From NCBI GenBank assembly GCA_039545335.1, contig BCIN01000002.1:620001-684000 (forward strand): a DNA stretch of 64,000 nt, given 5' to 3'. Position 1 is the stretch's first letter; each line of letters starts with the position of its first letter. Position numbers and translations under genes: made by a program. The notes beneath the pieces were generated by a model. The model did not search any database. It worked only from the letters and a program-made list of their open reading frames with translations, and was not told the DNA's origin. This DNA is from Kondoa subrosea (lineage: Eukaryota). Shown here piece after piece: positions 25,249 to 38,390 of this stretch.

Positions 25249-27216
25249 CTAGCCTCTGCCAAACCAGCTCAAGAACCTACTCTTGCTAGGCGTAGTCGTA
25301 GTCTGTTCTTCCTTCTTTTCACTTTCGACCTCCTTTGTTCCATTCATTACCTCTTGAGCAATCTTGATGCCTCTAGCTCTCGCAGCAATCGATTCCAAAT
25401 CTACTTCCGAAGCATAATTGAACGAAATATCGAAAACCAATGGACCTTTCTTCTTATCCTTCTTGCTTTCTTCAAGCGAGAGTCCATTCAGTCCTGTTCC
25501 TACTTCATCTTTTTCTTCATCCGGATTAGACAAGAACCAATCTTTGCTCAACCTTTCTTTCTGTTCCGTTAGATCGGTATCGAGTTGCGTCAAGTATTTG
25601 GCTGTTAAAGGCAGAAGAGCTAGTGGATCTTCTGAAGGAGAAAGAGGCTCGAGAGAAAGACCTGATGTCGATTGACGAATGAAAAGTGAAGCATGTTCGT
25701 TCATGATTAGGGCTTTGTCGAATGATTGCAAAAGACCATAAATTCCAGCCAGGTAGTAAGCTCTGCTTTGGCTTCAAGCTATGTGACTGTGCTGGATTAC
25801 TGAAAGACTCACCTTGCTGCTCGAGCGACTAGAATTCGGTTCTCGACCATTTCACTCAGTTCACCTTCTTGCTCTACTATCCCTAGATCCCTCATTTGAT
25901 TGTATGACTGTACAACTCCATCGTATAACTTGACTACACTGCTCCAGACCTTGGCTTTCCTTCGCATTTCTCCAGGTGCAGAAGGATCAGCTGGTTGATG
26001 TTTGCGTTGCAATAAGGGATCTTTGGACTGTTGAGGGTTCCTCTTCGTTGAAAAGCGAGCGAGAGTAGTTTTTATAAGATGTAGATCACGATGAGTGCGA
26101 GTGAGAAGAAGGCGGTAAATGAGGTATTGATGCGCTTGAGCTAGAGGTTTCGAAGCTGTCTCAAATCTTGTCGAATGCGCTCGTTGTAGAGCAATCTGTC
26201 AATTGAAACTTTCGAAATGAGCTCATAGAGAGCTTCATCGAGGTTCGACTGACCTGATTGTCATCAACCAGTTTCCGAGCCAAATCTTCCGCTTCACTCA
26301 AAGCGCTTAAGCTCTTGTCAAATCGCTTCATTGATACTTTTCTGTCCCCTTCCGACTTGGCAACCACTTTTAGAGCAGAAGAAACAGCTACTGCCAATTC
26401 TGCGTTTCGCAAAGGTATACTCTCTCCGTTCCTCCAAGATATTTCGGTCAAGCTTTTCGTCTTGCTTTGATCTGATTGAAGAGCTTGTAGCTTCAGTAAG
26501 AGGTCATCGAATCCTTCTACTTCTTTGGCGGGCTCTGATTCGGTTTGACTAGATTTGGTGCTGGCGACGCGTAATATGGGCTGAGTTTCATCAAGCAATT
26601 CATAAGCTATTGCTTCACTTGTCTGGGAGGCTGTCTTTTCCGCCAAGAGTTCGAGTATAGCTTGAGTTTTCTGCAAATATGCAATTGCTGAATTCCAAGT
26701 TCCTTTCTCAAAGTAATAATTTGACATCAAAAAGAGATGATAGACTGCAGCTTCAGCTTCTTGCACAGTATCCAGCTTCAATTTCCGTAATGCCATGAGC
26801 AAAGTCTCGGAGTGTTGACATGCTTTCTTCAGTTTGTCAATAGTTTGACGCCGATCACGAGCTGCTCCTTCTCCATTGGCCAGATGTTTCGAGTATGAGA
26901 CTTTAGCAGCTTGAGAGGCAGCCCAGCAGCGTTCGGCTTCAGTCAACAAGATTGATAAATGTCTGTACCAGCTCTGTCTCAGTTGATTCGCATAAGAATA
27001 GGACGGGCCTAACCTGCTATCTAGAGACTTGGCTTCCAATACTGCTTTCTTCTCATAGACCCGCTTCTTGCCTGAACCAGACCTCTGCTGTAAATTGACA
27101 GATTTCCTCAAACGAGCGACAGTCGCTGAGCAATGCGTCGTGTAGCGATTGTAGTCTGCATTATTGTAGCCATAAGCTCGACTGGTGCTGTTGGCTTGAA
27201 AGACCGAGAATTGCAT
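25249..27216 (-). CDS. SRP68: Signal recognition particle subunit Srp68
   Basis: N-terminal SRAYGYNNADYNRYTTHCSATVARLRKS, AERCWA, ISWRN..IPLRN, VKLYDGVVQSY..M.DL, PLVFDISFNY and C-terminal FLSWFGRG. Confidence 0.85.
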
Positions 27217-27976
27217 AACCCTCGTTACAGGTTGAGTGTTGGCTCTTGTTAAATTACGGCGAGCCGAAGGTCTGCCCCAGGTTGTTCTTGCTGTCTATAT
27301 CTGCATCTGTGTTTAAGCTTTTCTTGCGCTGGCAACACTTCTTGTCATTCTCTGATTGTTCCTCGAATCCGAAGATCACACTCAGCTTTTGAAAGCTCTT
27401 GCTTTTCTGCAGACGCATTTAGATGGATGGAATGCAGGCATCTGTGTTAACTACTTATGCTACGGTTCCACTATCAAAGGGCCAAGAGGCAGAGTAAGAA
27501 CTGCTCCAAGATCAATCAGGTTGCATAAGTAGCTCCATCCACTCCCAACGTGTCTATATCCAAGTCTTCTTGTCATTATTCACGGGGAATCCTCCATTCT
27601 TTCCACTCGTTAAAATGTGGTTCGATTGACAAAATTGAAAATTCTGTACCCCTTTCCTCGCTGTCTTCCGTCTGATTTACTTTCCCCTCTTCTGCTATGT
27701 TTTGGTCTATCCCATGTGCATCCGTCTCTTGTAGCCAAAGCTTCTGAGATACATGCCAGCATAGTGCAGGCGTTCGGTCGTTGTGCGGCGGTCTATGCAG
27801 ACTTGCGTTCAGATTTTTATCTCTGTGTCAATCATTCGCTCGTCCGTCCAGCTGTTACACTACCGCGTAACAAGATACACGTATGAATGCTTAATGCAGA
27901 GAAATCGACAATTACATGATTCACATACTATAACAGAGTATTTTCCCTGCTTTCACTCTCTCTAGCTGACCGTCTC

Positions 27977-28467
27977 TCACTGTTTGGTCTGACCCAATTG
28001 TACTCCTCTCTCGTCGAAAGGACTATCCTCTCCCAATTCGTGCTGCCTCTCTTCCTCTTCTTCATCAACCTCCTGTTCTTCTCCTCCTTTAGCGGCGGTA
28101 GGTTTCTTCGGACTACTGTTGTTGCTTTTCCAATAGCTTGATAATTCCATAGCAGAACTTAAAGCTCTCATTAATCCAGGTCTTCCAGAAGAAGAAGAAG
28201 GATCGTTTAGGGGTTCTCTATAGGAATGAACTGATTGCTCTTTTAATTTCTGACGCGCTAGATCTTGCTGAGCAAATTCTTCAGGTGTAGGTTGATACAA
28301 TGGTCCGAACCCTGTGTCCCATAATAGTGTGTATGATCAGCTAAGATGCTTTGTGGAATGATATCGTTGGACGAACAACCTGTGCCGCTCATCCATTGCT
28401 GCCATAAAGTAGGTTGTTTTAGTACTTCCACCTTCTTCTTCTGTTCCGACTCTGTCCCTTCACTCAT
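27977..28467 (-). CDS. Small hypothetical protein (2 exons), head-to-head with MFAP1
   Basis: MSEGTESEQ...WMSGT joins GFGPLYQPTPEEF... in frame through a GTTGTT...ACAG intron; acidic tail. Confidence 0.55.
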
Positions 28468-28521
28468 ACTTCAAACTCGGAGGGGTATCGATGTTGGAGA
28501 GCAACCGCGTACATTGAAATA

Positions 28522-30371
28522 ATGTCAAAACCTGCTGCAAGAGTAGCAAGACCTGCTTCACGTTACTGGCGTGGTAAACCTGCTGCTACCACTACTGGAG
28601 CTCAAGGTAGTGGATCGGAGTCAGACTCTGAAGATGGGGACAATCAAATCACGGATGCTAGAGGTTTAAACAAGAAAGCTTTAACCGAGGAAGAGATTGC
28701 TAGGAAACAAGGCATTGTTATACAAAAAGATATTACTCTGGTACAACAAGCCAAGGAGTCTTCAGAAGAGAGTGGATCAGAAGATGAAGTGAAAGCAGCA
28801 CCTACTTTCAGGAAACAAGATCCAATTGCTGGATCTGGAGGGACTGGGACGGCTCAAGTAAAGCAAGAAGATGTATCAGAGTATGAGACTGACTCAAGCG
28901 AAGAAGAATCCGAGGAGGAACAGCAAGTTCCGTTGTACAAACCAGTTTTCGTCTCAAAGTAAACATATTTTTTGCACTACCCTTCTCTCTTGTCATGCTG
29001 ACTTATGTACGTATGTAGACGGAACAGAGATACGAAAATTACAACGGATACAACCCAAATGACTCCAGAACAATTGGAAGAAATCGAATTACAACGGCAA
29101 GCTGAAATGGAAGAACAACGTCGACAAGCTCATGTACTAGTAGCGGAAACCGTTAAGCGGTCACTAGCTGAAAGTACGCTCATCCTCTCTTTTCCCATTT
29201 CCTTTGTGTATGCAATGCTGATACGATCGGTATCAGAGGAAGTCAAGGAAACTTTCCCTGATGTAGATGATACGGATGGACTAGAGCCTACTGTCGAATT
29301 CGAAGATTGGAAACTTCGAGAACTGACTCGTATTAAACGAGATACGGATCTATTATATGCGTTCGTTCTTCCTATCGTCTTCAAACCTCTCTATGATATG
29401 CTTACTTACCTTGCTGCAATAGCCGAGAGAAAGAACAAGAAGAAATTGAAGCTCGAAGAGCATTACCAGAAGCTTTAAGATTGAAAGAAGATTTAGCTCG
29501 AACAGCAGCGCAAAGGGAAGCTGCCAAAGCTAAAAGAGGTCAACAATCCATTTTACAGAAATATCATCACCGAGGTGCTTTCTATGCTGAAGAAGAGATT
29601 GTTCAAAGAGATACTTCGGGTGCGGTCATGGAGAATGCTGTGGTGGATGTTGCGAGTTTACCGAGCGTCATGCAAGTAAGTCACCTCATCTATCCTCTCT
29701 ATGGGTCCCGGACAGACGTTGACTTGCACAAATTAGGTTCGAGATTATGGCCGCAGGTCGAGAACAAAGCATACTCATTTGACGGATGTAAGATCTTGCC
29801 TTGATTTGCCCCGTCTAATCGTATTAATTGCTTTGAAAGGTGGATACAACGAGTAAAGATGCTGGCTGGAGCAAATTGCCACGAATAGGAGGTGACAAAC
29901 ACGCAGCTGGTTCTGGTCCATCATTTTCCAATACTCAAAACGATGGTGGTTGTTTCTATTGCGGCGCTCAAGGTCATGTGCGCAGATTCAAATGCTCTGT
30001 CATCAGGTTCATCACTGATTAGTTGGTTTGACTGTGTACAGATGAAGAAAGATTGTCCTGTTATGGCGCAAGAACAATCGAATCGAGGCAATAATAGAGA
30101 AAACGGCTATCAGCAGCGGAAGAACGCTTTTGGCATGGACAAAGAGCAACCGCGGGAAAGAGGCAGGAATTGGGCCAAGCATGATGATGTGAGAGATGAT
30201 AGGCATCTGAGGCAGGGTCGGAGCAGGAGGTGAGTCTAAAGATCATCGAGGTTATTAAGCCGATTTGATTGGATTGACAGTCGAAGCCCGAGGAGAAGTA
30301 GGTCGAGGTCGAGAGATCGGAGTATGGAGAGAATGAGAAGAGAGCGAGATAAGAGGCGGCGTGTAGATTAG
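28522..30371 (+). CDS. Spliceosomal B-complex protein MFAP1/Spp381 with C-terminal CCHC zinc knuckle and RS/RD tail
   Basis: RYWRGK, YKPVFVSK, DVDDTDG, WKLRELTRIKRD, LQKYHHRGAFY, LPSVMQVRDYGRRSRTKHTHL; CFYCGAQGH-MKKDCP. Confidence 0.92.
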
Positions 30372-30565
30372 GCATTGCATTGTACTACCAGCTTGATCCT
30401 AGTAAGGACCCATCGAAGACCAGTATTGATCTGGTACTGATTTGAGTGCCAATGTATGAAGGCACTTGAACGAAGAAACAGACAGAGACAGATCGACCCC
30501 GCGAACCAATATGCATTTCATAATCTACTCTATCTACCCTTTTTCCCTTTGAAAGATCCCTTCCT

Positions 30566-32759
30566 TTACTTAGTGTATTCACCGGGAGCCTGTAGTATAG
30601 CGATCCCTCAATACTCACGACATGTATTTGCACGACAGCAATACGCACGATAGCAACCTTCAAGCACTTGCGTGATGCAATTTTGTCGAGTGCGCCTTGG
30701 AAGTCTTCCAGTTTGAAGCTGAGACAAAAACATTTAACCATAGCTCCACAACGTGCAGAGAGATTATAGCTTACATATCAGTCACCATGGCTAAGAAGCA
30801 AATCAGCTAGATCCCAAAGAGCTTGTAAGTAGTAACATACCCTTGACATTGACTATCCGCTCATCTTAGTTATAGCGATCGAAGCCTAAAGACGGACAAC
30901 ATACCTTTGCCGTTGTCAAGATATGCGACAGCACGGCTGAAGCAGTTGATCTGAGCGAAAGAACCAAGAATACGCAGTTCTTTGCTGAAGATCTGTAGAA
31001 GGGTAGAAAACACTCAGCAGCCACGACAGTGCAAAGTGTCATCTTCCCCTACGGTATCAGGTGCCCACGAGACACGGTCGGCCTTGCCGTAAACACCATC
31101 TGCGCGAACATGAGTACTTTACATTGAGCGGTTAAACTGCCTTACAGATCATCAAAGCGCCCTGGTCCCAAAGTCAGATCTTCATTCAAGGATCGGTTTC
31201 AAAATTAACTTACACCCTTCTTGACGTAGTTGATAGCATCGGTAGCAATAGAAGCGACACCGCTGTCTGAAATTTTAGCACCGATCCCGCGAACACGGGG
31301 AAAACATACGTTGCTTCAACAACAGCATCGCTAGATCTCCATAAGCGGCCATCGAGACTTGATGTACAGGGATACTCACAAACCGTATGGGTAATCCTTG
31401 AGTAGTTGAGCCCATTGATCTTTGGCGTTGTTTCGGTCAAGGTCGACATAAACATCCGCAGCATTGACTTGACGAGCGATGTCCTGTCATTCAGACGGAC
31501 GCTTCAGCTATTGATAGCAATTGACTACGTCGCGACTAACCATCTTCATGCCTGCGTTAGCGGCAAGGACCAATTTGGCAGCACCGTTTTGCTTGAGAAG
31601 CTGAGAAAGCAGAAGACCGGTTGGGCCTGCACCGATAACCAGAACAGTTGATCCAACAGGTAGTTTGAGTACATCAGCACCGTGAATAGCGCAACTCTGT
31701 AATCCCAATATGACTTATTTATGAGAAAATCTCAAATTGAAAGTCTTTGGGCTTACGGCAGGTTCTACCAGGCAAGCTTCAACATCGGTAAGGTTGTTGA
31801 TAGGGTAGAGCTTCGAGTAGTGCCACTTGGAGTAATCTATCATGTCGACAATCACTTCAATACTAGATTGTACAATGCCCGATTGAGCACTGACCAGCGA
31901 AACCTCCATCCTCAGTAACACCTTTTGCAGCAAAGTTCTCGCAGAAGAGAGTTTTGCCTTGAACGCAGAAATGGCAGTTGCCGCAAGCAGAGTTGGTATC
32001 GCAAACGACGCGAACACCTTCAGTCAAATTGAGGTTGGCCGGTACTTTTGATCCAGCTTTCACGATTTTTCCAACGACCTCGTGCCCAGGGCAAAGTCTG
32101 TCATCATCGTCCGATGAGCTAGGTTGAGAAAGATGATGGAAGCAAAAGACAAACGGGAACTGAAAAGTTACGAGTTGAGGTTATAACCTATTTGACAGTG
32201 GAAAGCACAATGTTGCTTACTTTTGCAATGAATTCACTGAACATCCTGTCAGCAAATATACCACTACAAAGCATGCCTCGGACTTACCCTTCGTGAATAT
32301 GGGTGTCTTGAAAACGCAAGCAACAGTATTTCAGACCAATCGCAAAGTGTCTGCTTCTAGCTCACCGGTACCTGTATCGTCGCGATGAATAAGCAACTCA
32401 TCAGGAGTACTTTCAGCAACATACCGCAAACACCAGACATGGTCACTTTCCGCGTCAAGTTTCAGCTCAAAATGGCCTCTATTCTGTCTGTATCTTAGCA
32501 CTGACCTTGAATCAAGACTTCTTCATCATTGATCTGAGGAACAGGGCGCTTGCAAACACCTATTCGAGCACGAGGAAGGTCTCAACACATGCTTTCGCGA
32601 TCAATTGGTCGGCTGCATTGAACTGACTGAAGTTGCGAGGCTCCTTGTAGTAGACAGCTGTGATTGCAGAGCGCGATATAGGATGAGCTTTCAAGGGAAC
32701 AAACGTCATACTATCGCAAACTCGGAGAACTGACCCATCATTTCTGAAGGGATGCTCAT
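30566..32759 (-). CDS. Zn-dependent medium-chain dehydrogenase, D-arabinitol dehydrogenase (ARD1)-like; 21 exons
   Basis: Spliced [28 protein letters not shown], structural Zn CGNCHFC...[43 protein letters not shown]. Confidence 0.9.
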
Positions 32760-33287
32760 TTTGGGCTATGTGTTGGTTCGAGGTAAGGGTGACTGCTAGG
32801 CAATGCGAAGGGAGGAGCTCTGGTAGTCAGGAAAGGCTTCTTGAGAAGATTGATTCTCGGAGTCGATTCTTGGTTATAAATCTTACAAATCCTCACTGCA
32901 CATGACCCGGTTTTCCGATTATTCCTCTCGACAGTGAATTGAGAAAGCTATCTCGTTGACTAGAACCCTGTATACCAGATTCCATTTGCGATGATGTGCA
33001 ATGTAGGCTGCCGACAGATGATCTGCAACTGAAGTTCCTTTTCCGGCCTGAATTTGGTCCCGCCGTCTGTCACTCAGGTTCTGGTCCGATTGTTGCATGA
33101 CATAGGCCTGGGTCAGGGGTTCCAGCCTCTTTGAGCCTGACTCGTTCTTTGCTCTTCTCATTCCGACCACGTTGTACGATACTTTATAGTTTCAACGTTT
33201 TTCTCTCGATTAGACTACTGGCTCTTTGTCTTTAATCTAAAGTCCCGCTTGCGCTTCTCCATCTCTGACGACGACCCTTTCAGCATT

Positions 33288-35674
33288 ATGTCGTCGTCGC
33301 AAAACCCTTTCTCGCCTGGCGCTGCACCAACTTATTACAATGTTCCACTACGCGAGAACGCGCGACCTCAAGGTTCTTTCGCTTCTTCAATAACTATCAC
33401 ACAGCAATCCCATGTTGAATCCTCAAACGCTCAAGATCAGAAAAGTCTTCTCAAACGTAATGCTACAGCTTCGCGTAATCCTAGCAACAAGAAATCTTCA
33501 TCCTTTCTCAAACGTCTCTTCTGCTGCAGTTCGAATGAACAGGAATTTCACGAATTGCGTCAACCTGAAATGACACAAAGACCTTCTACCCTCAAGAAAG
33601 TTCCTTCCGTGGTCAAGAAGTGGATCTACAACGCTGATACACCTAAAGATCAAGTTCCCGCTACTTGGGCTGAATGGCAGTAAGTTCTGTATCTCGCTCT
33701 CCTGTTGTGCACATCAACTCATGTGCTCGCTTGCTCGCAGTGCCGCTTATTCTAAACGATTAATCGATATCGACAATCCACCTGCACCACCTGCTGATCT
33801 GATCCAAGAAACGAATCGAGAATTAGCAGAAGAAAGGAATGAACCTCTTTCACCATATGAACAGAAAGTTTACGTCGCTCCTCGTCCATTTGATGAAGAT
33901 CGTCGTCAATTAGCCATGAACCGTTTAGATATCCATGGCAAATTCGGTCCGCACGCTCAACCTGGTTTGCGTCTACCTTCTTCCGCAGAAGAAGAAGCGA
34001 ATAACGGAGGAAAACATAAAGGATACATTTCTGAAGAAGAAGCGGCTTTACAATTGAGTGAAGAAGATTTATCACTCACTCATGCTGGGGAATACGTTTC
34101 TCCTACTTTGGAAGGTCATCCTGCTTTCAAGAAGATTGTCAGTTATGCTAGACAAGCTTTCGGAACCAAAGTTTCCATGATCACTGTGTTGGAAGATGAG
34201 GAGTTGTAAGTTTATTTCGTTGAAGTGGAATTGAGCAAAAGAAGCTGATGGATCTGGAACAGCACTTATTTGGCCGAGTCGGGAATGGGTGCAAGGGCTG
34301 GTCCCAGAGAGTCGGTCCCAGCGCTCTTTCATCAATTCGGCATCGCTGATCAGCATGTCACAGCATCAATTTCTGTGGTCATACTCTGCTAGCTTCGGAT
34401 AGAGGTCTTGTTGCGCTGGACTTGACCAAAGACTGGAGGTGAGTTCTCTTCCGTTGAGGAGGATTATGCAAATGCTGATTGAGTTCATCAGATTCGCAAA
34501 CAATACTTATACAGTAAGTTTGCTTCGTTCTGGTCTGTCGACCAAAGTCTCACTACCTTTGGATAGCGTGATCGCAACATCCGTTTCTACGCTGGGGTAC
34601 CGTAAGGCTTTCGGTCATTCTATCACCTCAAACCACTAATATGTCTTTTTCAGGCTAATGGCACCACCCTTGTCGCAAGACGAAGAGCAACAAGCTATTG
34701 GAACACTCTGCATCGTCGATGATAAACCTCGAACTACTTTTTCAGAAGAAGAACGTCAGAAACTTCAACGTTTGGGCGAATTGGCACGTAAAGAAGTCGC
34801 AAACTGGCACAAGTTGCGAATGGCAGAAAAGACTCGATTGATGCAAAAACAGTTGGCAACCCTTCATTCCAAAGCTGAAACAGCAAAGAAATCTATACAA
34901 TCCTTACCAATCCTTTCGCAGTCCCAAATCGAGCTGAACAAATCATTACCGGATGAAATCCATTTGCCTCAACAACAGCGAACTTCAGCTGTTGGTAAAG
35001 AAACTTCGTATTGGACTATGGAAGATTCGGATGACGAAGATGCAGGAACAGCTCAATCTCACGATCGCTTATCAATAGAAGCAGAACCTGAATTCTCTAA
35101 CAGCAAACAAATCAGTACCACTTTCAATTTGGCTACTAAAATGATTGCAAAGACTTTGGCTTTACCTCTCGTTTATCTTATTGCATTGAACACGGACGAG
35201 CATGGAGATCAAGTCAATTCTATGCAAGTGTTGTCTTCTTTTGGTTTACCTTCGCCAACGCCTACTTTCGATGCTGCTTTACATCTGAAAGCCCTCAAAG
35301 CGCCTGAAGGTGGTCTACTGTACCAGGTCAGTCTTTGTGAGCATAATAGAGGGATTCGGAGGGCTGACTTTGAGATTAGAACCCGAAACTGGAAGAATTG
35401 AAGGAGGAGAAGTTCCCTCAATCGAAAAACGTCAGCTATGCTTCAGCAATGTTGATCAGCGTAGCACAAATCGGTCGCCGAGGTTATGTCTTGGTAAGGG
35501 CACTCTCATCTTTCCCTTTGGTTTCAGTACTGATCTCAGAAATTCTTACAGGCCGGATTCGCTCGTAGTCCAAACAAGGTCTTTGGTGCTGAAGACTTTG
35601 ATTACTTGAAGGAAATCAGTACCGAATTGGCTTACTTCTGCCATCGTGATGCATTGCTTTCGGCCAAAGCTTGA
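33288..35674 (+). CDS. Protein with two GAF-like domains and no visible output domain
   Basis: GAF1: FGTKVSMITV, CGHTLL, DLTKDWRFANN, IRFYAGVPL, IGTLCIVDDKPR..F; GAF2-like: FNLATKMIAKTLALPLVYL..GGLLYQ..YASAML..YVLAGF..VFGAEDFDYL. Confidence 0.8.
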
Positions 35675-35835
35675 AGATAGGGGAACATTGGGATTTTAAG
35701 GGCTTGTTGTGATATCCTGTACTGTACTATAGATGATATTGTTATTACTATACTTGGTCATTCCGAATGCTCTTTGTCCGACATTAAGTCATCGCTTGAC
35801 CTCATAGCACCAATTCGGTGTCACCCGAATCAAAG

Positions 35836-37638
35836 ATGGCCGCAGCGTTAGTCAAACATCAGCCTGTAGCTTCTACATCTACTTCAAAACCGGCTGTACA
35901 ACCTGTGCCCAAAGTACCTGCTTTTCTGAACAAGTTGTATTCCATGGTGGAAGACTCTTCTTTGGACAGATTGATACACTGGAACGATGCAGAGGATGGT
36001 TTTGTTGGTGAGTGTCATCTTCTGTACAGTGTCACAACTGTTCTGTCAAAGCTCATGTACTTTGTTTTCTTCTTCGAATGAATAAAGTGCCCTACCCTGA
36101 ACAATTCGCTCGTGAACTCCTGCCCCGCTTCTTCAAGCATTCAAACTTTGGTTCTTTCGTTAGACAGCTCAACATGTATGGATTTGGCAAAGTCTTACAT
36201 ATGCAACAAGGGGTGCTCAAATCCGAGCCGAGCGATCATTCAGAATCTCTGGAGTTCAAGAATGAGAGTGCGTTTGATTTACCAGGAGGGAGGGTGAATA
36301 AAGGCTGAAAAGAAGTGACTAGACTTTAAGCGAGGACAACAAGATTTGTTGCAATTCATTCATCGAAAGAAAGCTGGCGACAAGACAGCAGAAGAGAAAG
36401 CTATTGCTACTACAAACGTGGCAGGAAGTCCGGCTGCTAATTCTGGTATCGCTGTGGATCTGCATACTCTACTCAACGATGTAGCTATGGTCAGACAGCA
36501 TCAAACCTCCATTTCAACCGAACTCAAAGGCTTAGCTGATTCGAATAAACAACTTTGGACTGAAGCCATCGAGTCTCGCAATAGGCATCAGAAACATCAA
36601 GAGACAATCAACAAGATTGTGAGATTCTTGGGAACGGTTTTCGGAGGCAAGATATTATCACCTGGCAATTCTCCTGCTCCTTCGCCTACTGTGAGCGTAC
36701 CACCTGACGGAGAAAGATCAAATATTCCACCAACGAGAAGATTGCTGTTGAAAGATCGACCAAGCGATGAACAAACGAGTCCGCGAGTAAGGGAAATTGA
36801 AGTGCCTCTGGATGAGCTAGAAGATTTGCCTATGATCTCGGCTGACAACCACAACGACCTGGATGCATCTCGATTCTCTACAATGTCTGATTCGCCCACT
36901 ACTGGCAATTCCCCTCCACCTCCTTCTAATCATGATATGCAACTTGGTCAACTTTTCTCACCTAATACTCAAGCGTCTCTTTTCAATTTTGCACCTCAAG
37001 ATCAGCCTTTTGCTGGACCCAGTCAACCGCAGCAACAGCAACAACTTTCCAGAGTGATCGACGACCATGCAGCAATCAATTCCAAAATGGATACTTTGCA
37101 AGCCAATCTAGACCGACTAGTAGCAGGCCTCAATATTCCACCTCACACGTTCAGCGCTCAACCATCCCGACAACAAAGTCCTTCCTTCAACCCAGAAGAT
37201 TCAACGACAGAAGGTCCTGGTGATTTTGATCTGGATGCTTTCCTCAAATCTTTTGGTACGGCAGATCAACAACAAGCTCTTTCCCTTCCTTTAGCACCGA
37301 TGGCTTCCACTTCTACTTCTCCTGCTCATAATCCTATGGTTCCAGATTTGGTCAATACTTTTCCAGATTACTTTATGCCATCAGCTCCGAGCATTACTTC
37401 AGCATTGATCCAAGAAGATGGCAACGAGGGAGGAGAAGGTGGACTGAATATCGATGAATTCATCAATGACGATCCGCCATTTTTAACGAGTGGTGGTCAG
37501 GAAGCGAAAGTGACTGAAGTAGAAGATGAGAGTTCTTTGACGGGCAGAAAAGGGAAGAAAAGATCGAGTTCCAATGTAAGCGAAACTACTGGAGCAGGAG
37601 GTCGAAGAACTTCAGCTCGAAAGCGAACAAAAGTTTGA
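35836..37638 (+). CDS. HSF1: Heat shock transcription factor
   Basis: [50 protein letters not shown] region [13 protein letters not shown]...[16 protein letters not shown]. Confidence 0.93.
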
Positions 37639-37642
37639 AAGA

Positions 37643-38390
37643 TTATGGGAAGCGGGTCTTCTTCATCTGTGAGACTAGTTTTTGTGTAGCTTGAACGATT
37701 AATTCATGTTCCACTTGATGCATCCTTTGTTCCAAAGCTTCAACGCTTTCACCAGATTTCATTTCCACTTCTTTGACCAAGATGGGTTGACCTTTGTCTA
37801 CTTCTGGAATCACTTCATGCACCATCACTCCAGTCTTTTTGATTTCTCCTCTTGCAAAGCTTTCATGGGCTCGTGCTATAGCGTTGGCACCATCGAAAGC
37901 ACCAGGTAAAGCAGGATGTAGATTGATGATTGGTATCTTTTTCCCTTGCTTCCCTTCTTCTCCTCCTTCTCCTTCCAGTGTAGGTCTGACTAACAATTCC
38001 AAGAATTTGTTACTGAAGATATGCATCCAACCAGCCAACACGACCAAATCTGGATGTTGAGCAACAACTAATTCTGCTAATTTCGTATCGTAATCTTCCC
38101 TTGTTGCACCAGGATGAGAAGATAGATAAGGTTTGCATGCGAAATGTGAAGAAGGGACATTATAGATCGAAGCTCGAGTTAGACCATAAGCTGTTTTACG
38201 TGATGAGAGAACATGGACGATGTTCAGTTTCGGTTGAGCGTCTAGGAGAGCTTGTAGGTTGCTGCCTGAGCCGGAGATGAGGACTACTACCCGAGGCTGA
38301 GAGACCTTTACATGAGTGATTGAACGAAAAGCAGTGCTGCGAAGAGAGACTGACTTCAGAGCCCGAAGAGCTGGTAGAGGTGCTAGTCAT
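37643..38390 (-). CDS. ADE8: Phosphoribosylglycinamide (GAR) formyltransferase
   Basis: VVVLISGSGSNLQALLDA, AYGLTRA, VVLAGWMHIFS, INLHPALPGAFDG, TGVMVHEVIPEVDKG. Confidence 0.96.
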
